Positions 34,679 to 48,500 of a DNA stretch of 64,000 nucleotides are shown here, one piece after another. The notes below the pieces were generated by a model. That model did not search any database. It was not told where the DNA came from and saw only the letters and a program-made list of their open reading frames with translations. Positions within the stretch are counted from its first letter, which is position 1, and every line of letters begins with the position of its first letter. The position numbers were made by a program, and so were the translations under genes. Source of the DNA: Malacoraja senta (lineage: Eukaryota); NCBI GenBank assembly GCA_038087875.1, contig CM075997.1:1366001-1430000 (forward strand). Direction: 5' to 3'.

Positions 34679-37076
34679 CTCTCACACCAGCCCCGCTACA
34701 CGGCAACCTGCCCAGTCCCCACAAAAACCCATCGCCCCCCCCCCCACTCCCTCGCCACTCTCAACACAAACAACTTGGTTTCTTTCCCCAAAGTTTCGCC
34801 GAGCACCAACAGATTCACCTTGACTGATTCCAAGTTTTAAAGTTTATGTTTTAAGTTTTCAAGCTTAAGTGGTCAGCATAGGAGGCGCAGTGGTAGAGCT
34901 GCTGCCTCACAGCGCCAGGGTCCCGGGTTCGATCCTGACTGCGGGCGCTGTCTGTACGGAGTTTGTACCTTCTCCCGTGACCAGCCGTGGGTTATCTCCG
35001 AGATCTTTGGTTTCCCCCCCGCAATCAAAGACCTGCAGGTTTGCATGTTAATTGGCTTGATATAAATGTGTGTGTAGGGTAGTGTTTATGTGCGGGAATC
35101 ACTGGTCGGCATGGACTCGGTGGGCTGAAGGGCCTTTTTCCGCATTGTATCTCTAAACTAAACTGCGCCCCTGGTCTGAAGAAGGGTTTCGGCCCGAAAC
35201 GTTGCCTATTTCCTTCGCTCCATAGATGCTGCCGCACCCGCTGAGTTTCTCCAGCACTTTTGTCCACCTTAAACTATGTTGGAGTTCAGTTCTTTCTTAA
35301 ACAACTGTTTCTTGAAACTAAACTCCAACTTAGTTTAAGTTAGACAAAAGTGCTGGAGAAACTCAGTGGGTGAAGCAGCATCTATGGAGCGAAGGAATAG
35401 GTGACGTTTCAGGTCGAGACCCTTCTTGAGACATGTCCCAACATGTCCCAGCTACACTAGTCGCACCTGCCTGCTTTTGGTCCATATCCCACCAAACCTG
35501 TCCTATCCATCTACCTGTCTAATTGTTTCTTAAACGTTGGGATAGTCCCAGCCTCAACTACCTCCCTGGCAGCTCATTCCATGCACCCACAACCCTTTGT
35601 GTGAAAAAGCTACCTCACAGATTCCTATTAAATCTTTTCCTACTCACCTTAAACCCATGTCCTCTGGTCCTCGATTCCCCTACTTTTTTTTAGTTTAGAA
35701 ATACAACACGGAAACAGGCCCTTCGGCCCACCGGGTCCGCGCCGACCAGCGATCCCCGCACAATAACACTATCTTACACCCACTAGGGACAATTTTTTTT
35801 ACATTTACCAATCCAATTAACCTACAAACCCGTACGTCTTTGGAGTGTGGGAGGAAACCGAAGATCTCGGAGAAAACCCACACAGATCACGGGGAGAACG
35901 TACAAACTCCGTACTCTGGGCAAGAGACTCTGCATCTACCCAATCTATTCCTTTCATGATTTTTATACACTTCTATAAGGTCACCCCTCATCCTCCTTGA
36001 CATGGATACAACCCTTCAAACTCAAGTACATCAGATAGGGCAGGACTGCACATTAGTGCAACGGTAGAGTTGCTGCCAGTTCGATCCTGACTACGGGTGC
36101 TGTCTGTATTTCGTTTTCACCTTCTCCATGTGACTGCGTGGGTTTTCTCCGGGTACTTCCGATTTCCTCCCACACTCCAAAGACGTGCAGGTTTGCAGGT
36201 TAATTGGCCCTCTGCAAATTGTCCCTAGTGTGTAGGGAGTGGATGAGAAAGTGGGATAACATAAAACGAGTGTGAAGGGGTGATCGATGGTCAGTGTGGA
36301 CTCGGTTGGCCAAAGAGACCTCCTATATCTCTAAAACTAAGCGCTACACTAAACTAAATGAAGGATAACTGCATGTCCTTGGCCCTCTTCTGAAGGTGCT
36401 CAGCTAATGATCAATCACACCTGGTGGCATCTTAAAACACCAAGGGCTAGTTGACATAGATACAACCCTTCAATACTACAGGTAGAGCACGGGGGAAGAC
36501 ACAGAGTGCAGGATATAGTTCTCAGCTTTGATAGAGATGGGTCTGAAGAAGGGTCCCGACCCGATAAGCCATCCATCATTTTTCTCCAGAGATGCTGCCT
36601 GACCCGCTGAGTTACTCCAGCACTTTGTGTCTATCTTCGGTATATACCAGCACCTGCAGTTCCTTTGGAGTCATAGAGTCATACAATGTGGAAACAGGCC
36701 CTTCGGCCCAACTTGTCCCATACTGACCAACATGTCCTACTTGCACTAGTCCCATTTGCCCATATCCCTCTAAAGCTGTCCTATCCATGTAGACCCAGTT
36801 CTCAGTGTCATAGTGAATGAGTCCCATAGACAAAGTCCAATGTCCGCAAAGGGGTAGAGGTGAATCGGACAGTACCCTGGCTGTGGAAGGAAGTCTGATA
36901 ACAAGGAGGGGGAAGAAGCTTTTTTGTGTTTTATTGCTCAAATTTCTGGAAGTTGAAGTTGACGCTAGATGCTGAACCCTCCCCCTTGTCACTGCAGAGC
37001 AGCAGTGCAGAGAATGAGGGAACAACGCTGGTCTAAGGGCGGCACTGGACCCCACGCTGGTGATCTGCGGTCTTAC

Positions 37077-37299
37077 CGGGCAGTGAACTGTTGGCCGTGG
37101 CGTTCATGCCGCACGTCAGATGACCCCTGAAGCTCGGAGCCGTCGGCGAGCGGTCGTTGTAGTCTCCCTGGCACCTGGGCAGGTGGGCATGGGGCGGGTA
37201 TTGCCCGCGGCTGCTGGTACTGCAGTTGGCGAGGCTCGAACCGATGCGTTGCTGGGCGCGCGGATCAGACGGTGTTCCCTCGTCGAATGGTTTGGCCAT
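37077..37299 (-). CDS. BBC3: BCL2-binding component 3 (PUMA), first coding exon
   Basis: Acceptor cagcag about 13 nt upstream of gcaATGG. Encodes MAKPFDEGTPSDPRAQQRIGSS...NSSLP(G), compared with human MARARQEGSSPEP. Donor GTAAGA is phase 1 and joins the BH3 exon in frame. Confidence 0.8.
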
Positions 37300-40200
37300 T
37301 GCTGTTCCACGCCTGCTGGCAATCAAACAGCCCCTCATTAATGCCAACGCTTTCCACTGTACACGTGACAATAAACTAAACTAAAATGCCGGCTCCATCA
37401 CACAGAGAAACCTGCATTTCTATAGCACCTTACACATCCTTAAGAATTAAACCCGGGTCTCTGGCACTCAAATGGACTCTGGCACCAGAAAGACTCTCCA
37501 CCATCGACTCCATCTACACGTCACGCTGCCTCGGAAAAGCAGCCCACATAATGAAAGAGCTTTATGTCGAGAGTGGATGTGGAGAGGATGTTTTCACTAG
37601 TGAGAGAGTCTAATACCAGGGACCATAGCCTCGGGGAGGGGGGGGGGGCGGGGGGGGGGGATTACTTGAAATTGGAGATTTGCATCTCCATATCCTTTCT
37701 TAAGAATAAGGGGTAAGCCATTCAGAACGGAGACGAGGAAACACTTTTTCTCACAGAGAGTGGTGAGTCTGTGGAATTCTCTGCCTCAGAGGGCGGTGGA
37801 GGCAGGTTCTCTGGATGCTTTCAAGAGAGAGCTAGATAGGGCTCTTAAAAATAGCGAAGTCAGGGGATATGGGGAGAAGGCAGGAACGGGGTACTGATTG
37901 GGGATGATCAGCCAGGATCACATTGAATGGCGGTGCTGGGTCGAAGGGCCAAATGGCCTACTCCTGCACCTATTGTCTATTGTCTATTAAATACAGGGAC
38001 CAAAACTGGACATGGTGTTCCACATCTAGTCTCATCGACGCATTGAAAAGTTGACTTTGACTACCCATTCCTTCTCCCCAGAGATGCTGCCTGACCCTCT
38101 TGAGTCACTCTCTGGGGGTCAGGCAGCCATCTTCTGACGAGAGGAGAAGGGAACTGGGAGATATAGACCATGCTTAGGAGTACAGAGGGAGTGCGTGAGT
38201 GAGATAGAGAGAGAGAGAGTGTGTGTGGTGGTGGGTGTATGGAACGAGCTGCCAGAGGAGGTAGTTGAGGCTGGGACTATCCCAACGTTTAAGAAACAGG
38301 TAGACAGGTAATAATAATAATAATAATAATAGATTTTATTTATATAGCGCTTTTCAGGACTCAAAGTCGCTTTACATTGAGAGTCAGGAATAAACAAAAC
38401 AAAATAGAGCAGTACGACAAAGGGGAGGGGAATATGGGACTAAGGTACATGGATAGGACGGGTTTGGAGGGATATGGACCAAACGCGGGCAGGTGGGACT
38501 AGTGGTAGCTGGTAGACAAAATTGCTGGAGAAACTCAGCGGGCCTATTTCCTTCGCTCCATAGATGCTGCCGCACCTGTTGAGTTTCTCCAGCAATTTTG
38601 TCTACCTTCGATTCTCCAGCATCTGCAGTTCCTTCTTGACCACTAGTGTAGCTGGGACATGTTGGCGGGTGTGGGCAAGTTGGGCCGAAGGGCCTGTTTC
38701 CAGGCTGGATCACTGCAGTTCCTTGCCTCTCCACAGAGCGCCGCTAAGAGCACCCCCGGCCGCGGGATTGTTTGCAAACAAACGCCCACATGTTATGCAG
38801 CCAGCGTGAGGAACATTCAGAGCGAAGCCGCCTTCAAACATGGGAGGAACACACACAGTATGTTCAACCTAAAATGCCAACACTTTTACCTCAAGACGTC
38901 AACACCGCGATGTGTTTCCACTCCATTATATTTCTCGGGTTACATTGAGTGGAAAAGTATCTAGGAGCCCATCACCTTTGCTACCTTGTAACGGGGGCTA
39001 CAGTAGGAAAGTGCATCCTTGCCTTTAGTGTAAACCGTCACAAGATTAATCTAAGTCCCTGCATCGGATGACGGAATGGAATTTTTTACTTCACGGTGAC
39101 TTTTAAATGTGAAAGCATCGATTTGGAGCGCTTTTTCTCCAAATCTGCATCTTCGAGGGTTTTTTTTCCAAACATGCGTGGAAAACAGGTATAAACATCA
39201 CCGTGTGTAAATAATCACCCCCCCCCCCCACCCATCGATATAGAGGGGGCGGCACGGTGGCGCGGCGGTGGAGCTGCTGCCTTGCAGCGCCAGAGCCCCG
39301 GGTTCGATCCTGACCTCGGCTGCTGTGTGTGTGTGCGTGTGTGTGTGTGTGGATTTTGCACCTTCTCCCTGTGACCGTCTGTGTTTCCTCCGGTTCCCGC
39401 CCACATCCCCAGGACGTGCGGTTTTGTAGGTTAACTGCCACCCTGTAAATTGCCCCAGGTGTGGGTGAGAAAGCGGGATAACATAAAACTAGTTTGAACG
39501 GGTCAGTATGGACTCGGTGGGCCGAAGTGCCTGTTTCCACGCTGCATCTCTAAACATGAAACAAGGTACGGGTAAAAGCGAGACATTCTCCTTTTTTAAA
39601 AAAAAAATCCTGTTCATTGGACAGGTTTAGCGGGATATGGGCTGGTTGGCAGGCATGGGCAAGTTGGGCCGAAGGGCCTGTGTCCGAGTTGTGTGATTCT
39701 ATGACTCGAGCGCCGTGCAGGTTGAAACAAACTAACCCGATGCAAGACGAAAGTAGCAACATCGTCTCTCAGCTGCTACTGTAACAATGATCCTGGTTAC
39801 ATCCCGCGTCCCTGCCCCGTGTAACATATTATTGTAATACCTCGAGCGAAATTCAATGATGCCCAAACGCTACACCGGTCTGTAAAAGCGTTAGATCAAG
39901 AGCTAGCCGACAGTAAAAACTCTCAGCATCCACAATCCCAAACACAATACTTCACCAATGTGATTTGAAACCATAATCACACCGCACTGTGATTTGAAAC
40001 CATATTTAGTCAAAAGAATACAAAATAGGTAACAAACGGGTTGGACATTTCACGGTTAATAACAGACCCCGCGGTATAAAAACGCAACGGTTCACAATAT
40101 TTTTTCCCCCTCTTGAAACTCACTTGTGATCGATTTCTCTCGTTAGGATTGCATCGTGTTTTTTTGAAAATCGCACAAATCCTTGATCCTCTCAGCACCT

Positions 40201-40487
40201 TCTAGGGGAGGGAGGGGGGGGGGAGGGAAACACATGCAGATTAATAATATAAATCCGTTTTGTAAAAATTGAAATAAACATTAAAAGCGCTGACTGTCTC
40301 CCAGAGGTGGCGTTCCCTGCGATGATTATTGCAGAGAAAGAAATGCTCGCGTTCAAGACACATACCTTCTTGTTTTGGGCGGCGCAGGTTGTGGGGTTGT
40401 TATTGTTGTGTGATTCTCGGCGGCGATGCTGATCAAACTGTGTCATTGACGGTCAGCCTAACACTGCTACTAAAGGCTCCCTCTCAC

Positions 40488-40600
40488 CTCGGTGTCACTC
40501 TCCCGCCTGACGCAAACACAAGGCTGACAAGTCGAGGCTTGTTGCTATTTCGGTTGTCCCCGTCTTAAAGGGGCCGCGTCCCAGCGGCTCACGGGAGACG
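40488..40600 (-). promoter_or_regulatory. Putative BBC3 promoter and non-coding first exon
   Basis: CpG-enriched unique sequence upstream of the first coding exon. Donor GAG|GTGAGA at 40488/40487, TATA-like cctttaag near 40565, and a p53-type element at 40525-40544. The start site is inferred. Confidence 0.5.
40525..40544. promoter_or_regulatory. p53-family response element (two half-sites, zero spacer)
   Basis: TGACAAGTCG-AGGCTTGTTG matches RRRCWWGYYY x2 at 17 of 20 positions with both CWWG cores intact. Sits at the 5' end of a canonical p53 target gene. Confidence 0.6.
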
Positions 40601-41109
40601 AGGCGCAAAACGCTGGGGTAGCTCGGCGGGACAGGTTGGCATCTCTGGAGAGAAGGAATGGCAGGCGTTTCGGGTCGAGACCCTCCTTCGGACTCGACCC
40701 GAAACGTCACCCATTCCTTCTCTCCAGTGATGCTAACCTGTCCCGCTGAGTTACTCCAGCATTTTGTGTCTTTTCTTCGCATCTGCAGTTCCTTCCCACA
40801 CATTCCCGTTGTTTCACACCGGCCAATTCAACCACAACCCAAGTTTGTTTTCTTCCTTTTAATATATGCCAGTGGGAAACTTTCTGTATAGGTCTGAAGA
40901 AGGGTCTCGACCCGAAACGTCTATCCGGAGATGCTGCCTGTCCCGCTGAGTTACTCCAGCATTGTGTGTCTATGTTCTGTACAGGGAACTTCACATTTTA
41001 AACACGTTGTGCCCGCTGTACAAGACATTGTACGCAGTGGTGTACAGCGGCCAGGACTGGCGCCATCACACTCTGTATTGAGGGAGCGTCGCGCTATCGG
41101 AGGGGCCGC

Positions 41110-41372
41110 ACAATGCTACATACTTGCAACAATGTTACATAGTTGCAACAACGCTACATAGTTGCAACAACGCTACATAGTTGCAACAACGCTACATAGT
41201 TGCAACAACGCTACATACTTGCAACAACGCTACATACTTGCAACAACGCTACATACTTGCAACAACGCCACATAGTTGCAACAACGCCACATACTTGCAA
41301 CAACATTACATACTTGGAACAATACTAGATATTTGAAAGAATGCTACATATTTGCTACAGTGCTACATACTT
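41110..41372. repeat. 19-bp minisatellite, 14 units; degenerate units continue at about 41770-41822 and 41960-42102
   Basis: Unit acaacgctacata(g/c)ttgca. The array is interrupted by LINE/SINE fragments at about 41373-41762 and 41825-41960. Confidence 0.95.
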
Positions 41373-43279
41373 AGAGTCATGCACCACAGTAAGAAGCCCT
41401 TCGGCCCAACCTCCCCATGCCGACCAAGATACCCCGCCTACGTTAATCCCACCTGCCCGTGTTTGGCCCATATCCCGCTAAACCTTTCCTAGCCATATAC
41501 CTGCTCAAATGTCTTTTAGATGCTGTTATAGTACCTGCCTCAACTACCTCCTCTGGCAGCTCGTTCCATACACCCATAATATGTGAAAATATTACCCTTC
41601 AGGTATCTATTCCCCGCCTGATCTTATACAACACTATAAGATCACCCCTCAGCCTCCTGTGCTCCAAGGGATAAATTCCAAGCCTGCTCAACCTCTCCCG
41701 TAGCTCAGGTCCTCAAGTCCTGGCTACAGCCTCATAAATCCTCTCTGCGCTCTTTCCAGCTTAATGTAACACCATCATTGTAGCTACATTGGTGCTACAC
41801 ACTTGCAGCAATGTTACATACTTAGGGTGATACAGCATGGAAACAGGCCCTTCGGCCCAACTTGCCCAAACAGACCAGCATATCCCAGCTACACTAGTCC
41901 CACCTGCCCCATATCCTTCTAAACTCGTCATATCCATGTACCTGTCCAACTGTTTCTTAAACAATGCGAAAGGTACATTGATAATGCTACATATTTGCAG
42001 CAATGCTCCACAATTGCAAAAATGCTACATACTTGCAGGTACATTGTCGATGCTGCATATTTGCAACAATGCTACAGACTTGCAACAATGCCACACACTT
42101 GCAGGTCTTTGTACCACACGATGGACACCGTGAGATCCAGGCTGTGCATTGATATTTTTAGCCCAGGGACACAGCCGTGCCTTCAGCATTCATTCATGGG
42201 CCAGCGGCATTGCTGCCAACAGCTGCATCCATCACCCATGACTAGTTGGCAGCAATCGCACTGGTCTGCTGAGCAGCCAAGGATCAGGAGACCATTCAGA
42301 GCCCGATCAACACTTGGCACCATTGCTGGCAGTCGGGGTCGACCCATTCAATCCCCCACTCACGCACCTTTAACCAGAGGGTTGTTAATCTGTGGAACTC
42401 ATTGCCACAGAGGGCTGTGGAGGCCAAGTCAGTGGATATTTTTTAAAGCAAAGAGAGACAAATTCTTGATTCGAACGGGTGTCAAGGGTTGTGGGGAGAA
42501 GGCAGGAGAATGGGATTAGGAGGCAGAGATCAGCCATGATTGAATAGACTCGATGGGCCGAATAGCCTAATTCTGCTCCTTTAACTTATGTAGGAAAGAA
42601 CTGTAGATGCTGGTTTAAATCGAAGGTAGACACAAAATGCATTCACAAAATAACTTGTGAACTTGCATCAGACCAATTCTGCTCAGCTATCGAGCTGAAA
42701 CAAATCACTCACGTTAACCTTTAATAACTTCTGATAACATTCAACCACTAAAACTTCAGGTACAATAACTGTGGCCTCATTAAACTCTCAGACAGTCTGT
42801 AATTCTACAACCGCATGGTGCCGTTAATTAATTTAAACACTGCCTTTTTCCACACTCTGGTGACCAACTTCTGGTGAGTTGGTTTCCAGCCGAGGCAAGG
42901 TAAACCTTTTTATTACACACAAAAATAAATTAAATCAATTATTGCAAGAATAATATGTGTAATACAAAACAATATCAAACAAACTCACTACCATAATACA
43001 AAACCACCCAATTATCTAAATAAATATTCTTAAATATTAAACATATTCTTAAACAGCTATATTACAATCCTTCGGGTGAGGCAGCATCTATGGAGCGAAG
43101 GAAATAGGCAACGTTTCGGGTCGAAACCCTTCTTCAGACAAGAAGAAGTTTTGACCCGAAACGTCACCTATTCCTTTGCTCCATAGATGCTGCCTCACCC
43201 GCTGAGTTTCTCCAGCAATTTTGTCAACCCTCGATTTTCCAGCATCTGCAGTTCCTTCTAAAACATATTACAATCCTCG

Positions 43280-44060
43280 GAAGGCGTTCGACAAGGTTCC
43301 ACATGGTAGGCTGCTCGGGATCATTAGATCGCATGGGATCCAAGGAGAGATAGCTGAATGGATAGCAAATTGGCTCCTTGGAAGGAAGCAGAGGGTAATG
43401 GTGGAAGGTTGCTTCTCAGACTGGATGCCTGTGACTAGTGGTGTGCCTCACGGTTCGGAGCTGGGCCCGTTACTATTTGTCATCTACATCAATGATTTGG
43501 ATGAGAACATACAGGGCAAGATTAGCAAGTTTGCTGATGATACAAAAGTTAGTGGTTTTGCAGATAGTGAAGATGGTTGTGAACGATTGCAGCAGGATCT
43601 GGATCGATTGGCCAGGTGGGCAGAAGAATTGTTGATGGAATTTAATACAGAGAAGTGTGAGGTGTTGCATTTTGGGACGTCGAACAAGGGCAGGACCTTC
43701 ACAGTGAATGGTAGGCCTCTGGGTAGTGTTGTAGAGCAGAGGGATCTAGGAGTACAAGTGCATGGTTCCTTGACGGTCGAGTCACAGATAGATAAGGTGG
43801 TCAAAAAGACTGTTGGCACTTTGGCCTTCATCAGTCAGCATTGAGTATAGAAGTTGGGATGTCATGTTGCAGTTGTATAAGACGTTGGTGAATTTAGAAT
43901 ATTGTGTTCAGTTCTGGGCACCATGTAATAGGAAAGGTATTGTCAAGCTTGAAAGGGTTCAGAAAAGATTTATGAGGATGCTGCCAGGTCTAGGGAGTGT
44001 GAGCTGCAGGGAGAGGTTGAGTAGGCTGGGTCTCTATTCCATGGAGCGCAGGAGGATAAG
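43280..44060 (+). mobile_element. CR1-clade LINE reverse-transcriptase fragment
   Basis: KAFDKVPH...VTSGVP.GS.LGPLLFVIYINDL...SKFADDTK...LEYCVQFW, frameshifted near 43840. Confidence 0.92.
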
Positions 44061-45296
44061 GGGCCTCCCCCTCTTCTCCCCTCTCCCATGGGGCAAAAGG
44101 TATAGAAGTGTGAAAACGCACACTTCCAGATTCAGGGACAGTTTCTTCTCAGCTGTTATCAGGCAACTGAATCATCCTTCCGCAACCAGGGAGAGAGCAG
44201 TCCTGAACTACTATCTACCTCTTTGATGACCCTCGGACTATTCTTGATTGGATTTTGCTGGCTTTCCCTTGCACTAAACGTTATTCCCTTATCGTGTATC
44301 TATTAACTGTAAACAGATCGATTGTAATCACGTTTTCAGAAGGAACTGCAGATGCTGGAAAATAGGTAGACAAAAATGCTGGAGAAACTCAGCGGGTGAG
44401 GCAGCATCCATGGAGCGAAGGAAATAGGCAACGTTTCGGGTCGAGACCCTTCTTCAGACTGGTGATTGTCATCATGTATTGTCTTTCTTTTTGTTATTTT
44501 TTATATATATTTTTATTAGAAGCAAGCACATATCATTATAAAAACATTTCATGTATATCAGTCGTACATTGATAATATTATCAGTTCTGTATTGATTCTG
44601 CTTCTAGTTTTTTTTATATAGATAGAGAGTAAGAGAGAAAGAAAAAAAACAAAAGGCATGATAAAGAAGAATGGAATGATTTACTAATAATACATCATTG
44701 GAGATAGGTTTGTAAATTATAAAGTTTAACTTTTCATCTAATCCTGAGTTCAAGCTTCAGTTAGGTTCCTGTGCTGAACCAATCTACCCCTTCAAATAGT
44801 CAATGGATGGAGACCATATTCTGATAAAAAGTTCTTGTTTGTCCATTAAGACAAGTCTTATTCTTTCCAGGTGTAGGGTCTCCGACATTTGCATAATACA
44901 CATTTTAATTGTGGGGGTTGTAGGGCCTTTCCAAATTTTGATATTAATTTTTTCCCAGTTATTATACTATAGTCGAGAAAGTTTATTTGGCTTTGTATGG
45001 TCTTTCTGCTGACTGGATAGCACGCACCGAAAGCTTTTCACTGTACCTTGGTACTACGCTCGACAATAAACTAAACTAAACTAGTTCTTTGCAGACTATC
45101 TACACTAGTCTTCAAATTGCTGTCTGAGTCTCCCCTGAAGCAGACAGCCGGTCACAGCAGGAGACACAAGGAGACCGGTAGCTATTAACGGAGTGGGAAG
45201 ATTTACTGGGGGATTTCCACCATGTGCCTGCACAATGCTCTGTTCTCCAGGGAGTCGAAGGTCATTTTTATTTGACCTCCCTCTATATTTGTGGGC

Positions 45297-45598
45297 AGGC
45301 ACGGTGGCTCAGCGGTAGAGTTGCTGCCTCACAGTGCCAGAGACCCGGGTTCGATCCTGACCACTGTACGGAGTTTGTGCCTTCTCCCCGTAACCTGCGT
45401 GGGTTTTCTCCGGGTGCTTCATCCCACGTTCCAAAGATGTACAGGTTTGTATGTTAATTGGCTTGGTCTGAATGTAAATTGTCCCCCAGTGTGTGTAGGA
45501 TAGTGCTAGTGTACGGGGTGATCGCTGGTCGGCATGGACTCGGTGGGCCGAAGGGCCTGTTTCCGCGCTGTATCTATAAACTAAACAAAACTAAACTA
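45297..45598 (+). mobile_element. tRNA-derived SINE (HE1-like), near full length
   Basis: Same head, core and tail as 98-407. Confidence 0.88.
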
Positions 45599-48500
45599 AT
45601 AGTCTTGCAACGTTAACGAGCAAGGCTTTACAAAAGCAGGTTCTGAATACTCTGGAGAACTGGCTTCTGAACGGTCTCTTCCATAAGCTAGGGTACTGTC
45701 CAATTCACCTCTAACCCATTGCAGACATTGGACTTTATCTGTGGAACTGGTGTGCTACAATGCTGAGAACTATATTCTGCACTCTGTACCTTCCCCATTG
45801 CTCTACCTGTTGTACCTGAGTTTGATGTGATTATGTTCATGTGTGATGCATCTGATTTTATTGGACAGCATGCAAAGCAAAGCTTTTCACTGTACCTCGG
45901 TACAGGTAACAATAATAAAACTAAAAACCCTGTACTGCCCCAGACCAAACAACTCCACAGTTTGACGTCGATGTTGCCTAAACCTAAGCTATAGGGAGAG
46001 GTTGGGCAGGCTAGGAATTTATTCCTTGGAAGGAATAGGGTGAGGGATGATCTTTCAGAGGTGTATAAGATCAAGAGCGGAATAAATAGGTTGAATGCCC
46101 AGAGTCTTTGACTCAGAATAGGTATAAAATCATGAGAGGAATAGATCGGGTAGATGCACAGAGTCTCTTGCCCAGAGTAGGTGAATCGAGGACCGGAGGA
46201 CATAGGTTTAAGGTGAAGGGGAAAAGATTTAATAGGAATCTGAGGGGGTAACATTTTCACACAAAGGGGGGGGTGGGGTGTATGGAACAAGCTGCCAGAG
46301 GAGATAGTTGAGGCTGGGACTATCCCAACATTTTAGAAACAGTTAGACAGGTACATGGATAGGGCTAAAGAAAGAACTGCAGATGCTGGAAAATCGAAGG
46401 TACACAAAAATGCTGGAGAAACTCAGCGGGTGCAGCAGCATCTATGGAGCGAAGGAGAAGGAGGTCTGAAGAAGGGTTTCGGCCCGAAACATTGCCTATC
46501 TTCTTTGCTCCATAGATGCTGCTGCACCCGCTGAGTTTCTCCAGCATTTTTGTGTACCTTCAGGTACATGGATAGGACAGGTTTGGAGGGATATGGACCA
46601 TATGCGGGCAGGTGGGACTAGTGTAGCTGGGACATGTTGGCCGGTGTGGGCAAGTTGGGCTGTAGGGCCTGTTTCCACGCTGTATCACTCTGTGACTCCT
46701 TGACTCTAGGGGAATTAAGAACCAGAGGACATTGGTTTAAGGAAAGTTGGGAAACGATTTAATGGGAATTTGATGGGCTACCTTTCCACACAGAGGTTGG
46801 TGGGTGTACGGAATGAGGTGAAGTATCTAGGATTTTATTGCAGGTTGCAAAGCTGTACCGCAGGGGTTGTCTATGAGCCTCAGACACTGCTGAGCACAGA
46901 CCCACACACACGCTCCCCGCATACCAAGGAAGTTGTCGCAGGTGCGGTGCAGGAGATAGGCAGAGGGCAGGAAATGAATGGCTCCAAATGAGATAACAGG
47001 TTTTCACGAGATACAGAGCCACCTCCTTCTCTCCAAAGATTTGAGTAACTTCCTTTTGTCCAAAAAACACGGCCCAGTCTAATCTGTGGCCTGCTGTTAC
47101 CCACAGCTCTGGTGACTCATGTTTGAACCTGATCTCTGTGCTGCATCACTAAACTAAACTAAACTAAACTAAACTAAACTAAATTGAACTAAACATGGAA
47201 ACATAGAAAATAGGTGCAGGAGGAGGCCATTCAGCCCTTCGAGCCAGCACCGCCATTCATTGTGATCATGGCTGATCGTCTCCTATCAATAACCCGTGCC
47301 TGCCTTCTCCCCACATCCCTTGATTCCACTAGCCCCTAGAGCTCTATCTAACTCTCTCTTAAATCCATCCAGTGACTTGGCCTCCACTGCCCTCTGTGGC
47401 AGGGAATTCCATAAATTCACAATTCTCTGGGGGAAAAAGTTTTTTCTCACCTCAGTCTTAAATGACCTCCCCTTTATTCTAAGACTGTGGCCCCTGGTTC
47501 TGGACTCGCCCCACATTGGGAACATTTTTCCTGCATCTAGCTTGTCCAGTCCTTTTATAATTTTATATGTTTCTATAAGATCCCCCTCATCCTTCTAAAC
47601 TCCAGTGAATACAAGTTGACTAAACTAAACTAAACAGTGTGAAGTTAGACCTAACCCACTGAGTATCTCTTTCCCCAGCACTTCCCTCTGCCTTAGTCAC
47701 AGCTATTGGAGCCTATGCTCCATCAAACCACCCCTTGGGCTTTATTCCCTGAATTCACTGAAACTCAACAATATCACTGCCACTTCTGGCTTCCTTTAGT
47801 TTTAATTTTAGAGATGGCTGGCTGACCCGCTGAATTACTCCAGCACTGTGTATCTTTTTTTAAAAAAAACAGGCATCTGCAGTTCCTTGTTTTTACTAGA
47901 GTTTAATAGTTCTGTGTCCGGTACATGCGACATTTAGAGTCATAGAATGATACTGCTTGGAAACAGGCCCTTCGGCCCAACTTGCCCACCTGGCCAATTA
48001 CACTAGTCCCATCTGCCTGCGTTTGGTCCATATCGCTCAAAACCTGTCCTATCCACGTACCTATCTAACAGTTTCTTAAACGTTGGGATAGTCCCAGCCT
48101 CAACTACCTCCTCTGGAAGCTTGTTCCATACACCCACCACCCTTTGTGTGAAAAAGTTAACCCTCAGATTCCTATTAAATCTTTCCCCCATCACCTTATT
48201 TAACCCCATGTCCTCTGTTCCTCGATTCACCTACTCCAGGCAAGAGACTCTGTGCATCTACCCGATCTATTTTTTTTAAAATATTTCAAAATATACTTTA
48301 TTTGAGAAATAAATATATTCAATACCACGATCCTTACAAAACTCCATCCGGCATTCTCTAAGGCTATACATACTGCTTACACAAATGTATCCTATCCCCC
48401 ACCATTGCCATTCATGTGGCCCACTGTCGTGGAATCTATTCCTCTCATGATTTTATACACCTCTATAAGATTGAACAGGCTCGACTCTCCAAAGCTGCTT

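Noticed and set aside
41110..41372. Regular short-repeat array as a CRISPR-like locus (also 63205-63462)
   Set aside because: The units are contiguous with no unique spacers, there are no cas genes, and the context is vertebrate.
43221..44226. Functional reverse transcriptase gene
   Set aside because: It is a 5'-truncated, frameshifted CR1 fragment fused to other repeats; no intact autonomous element was found in the window.
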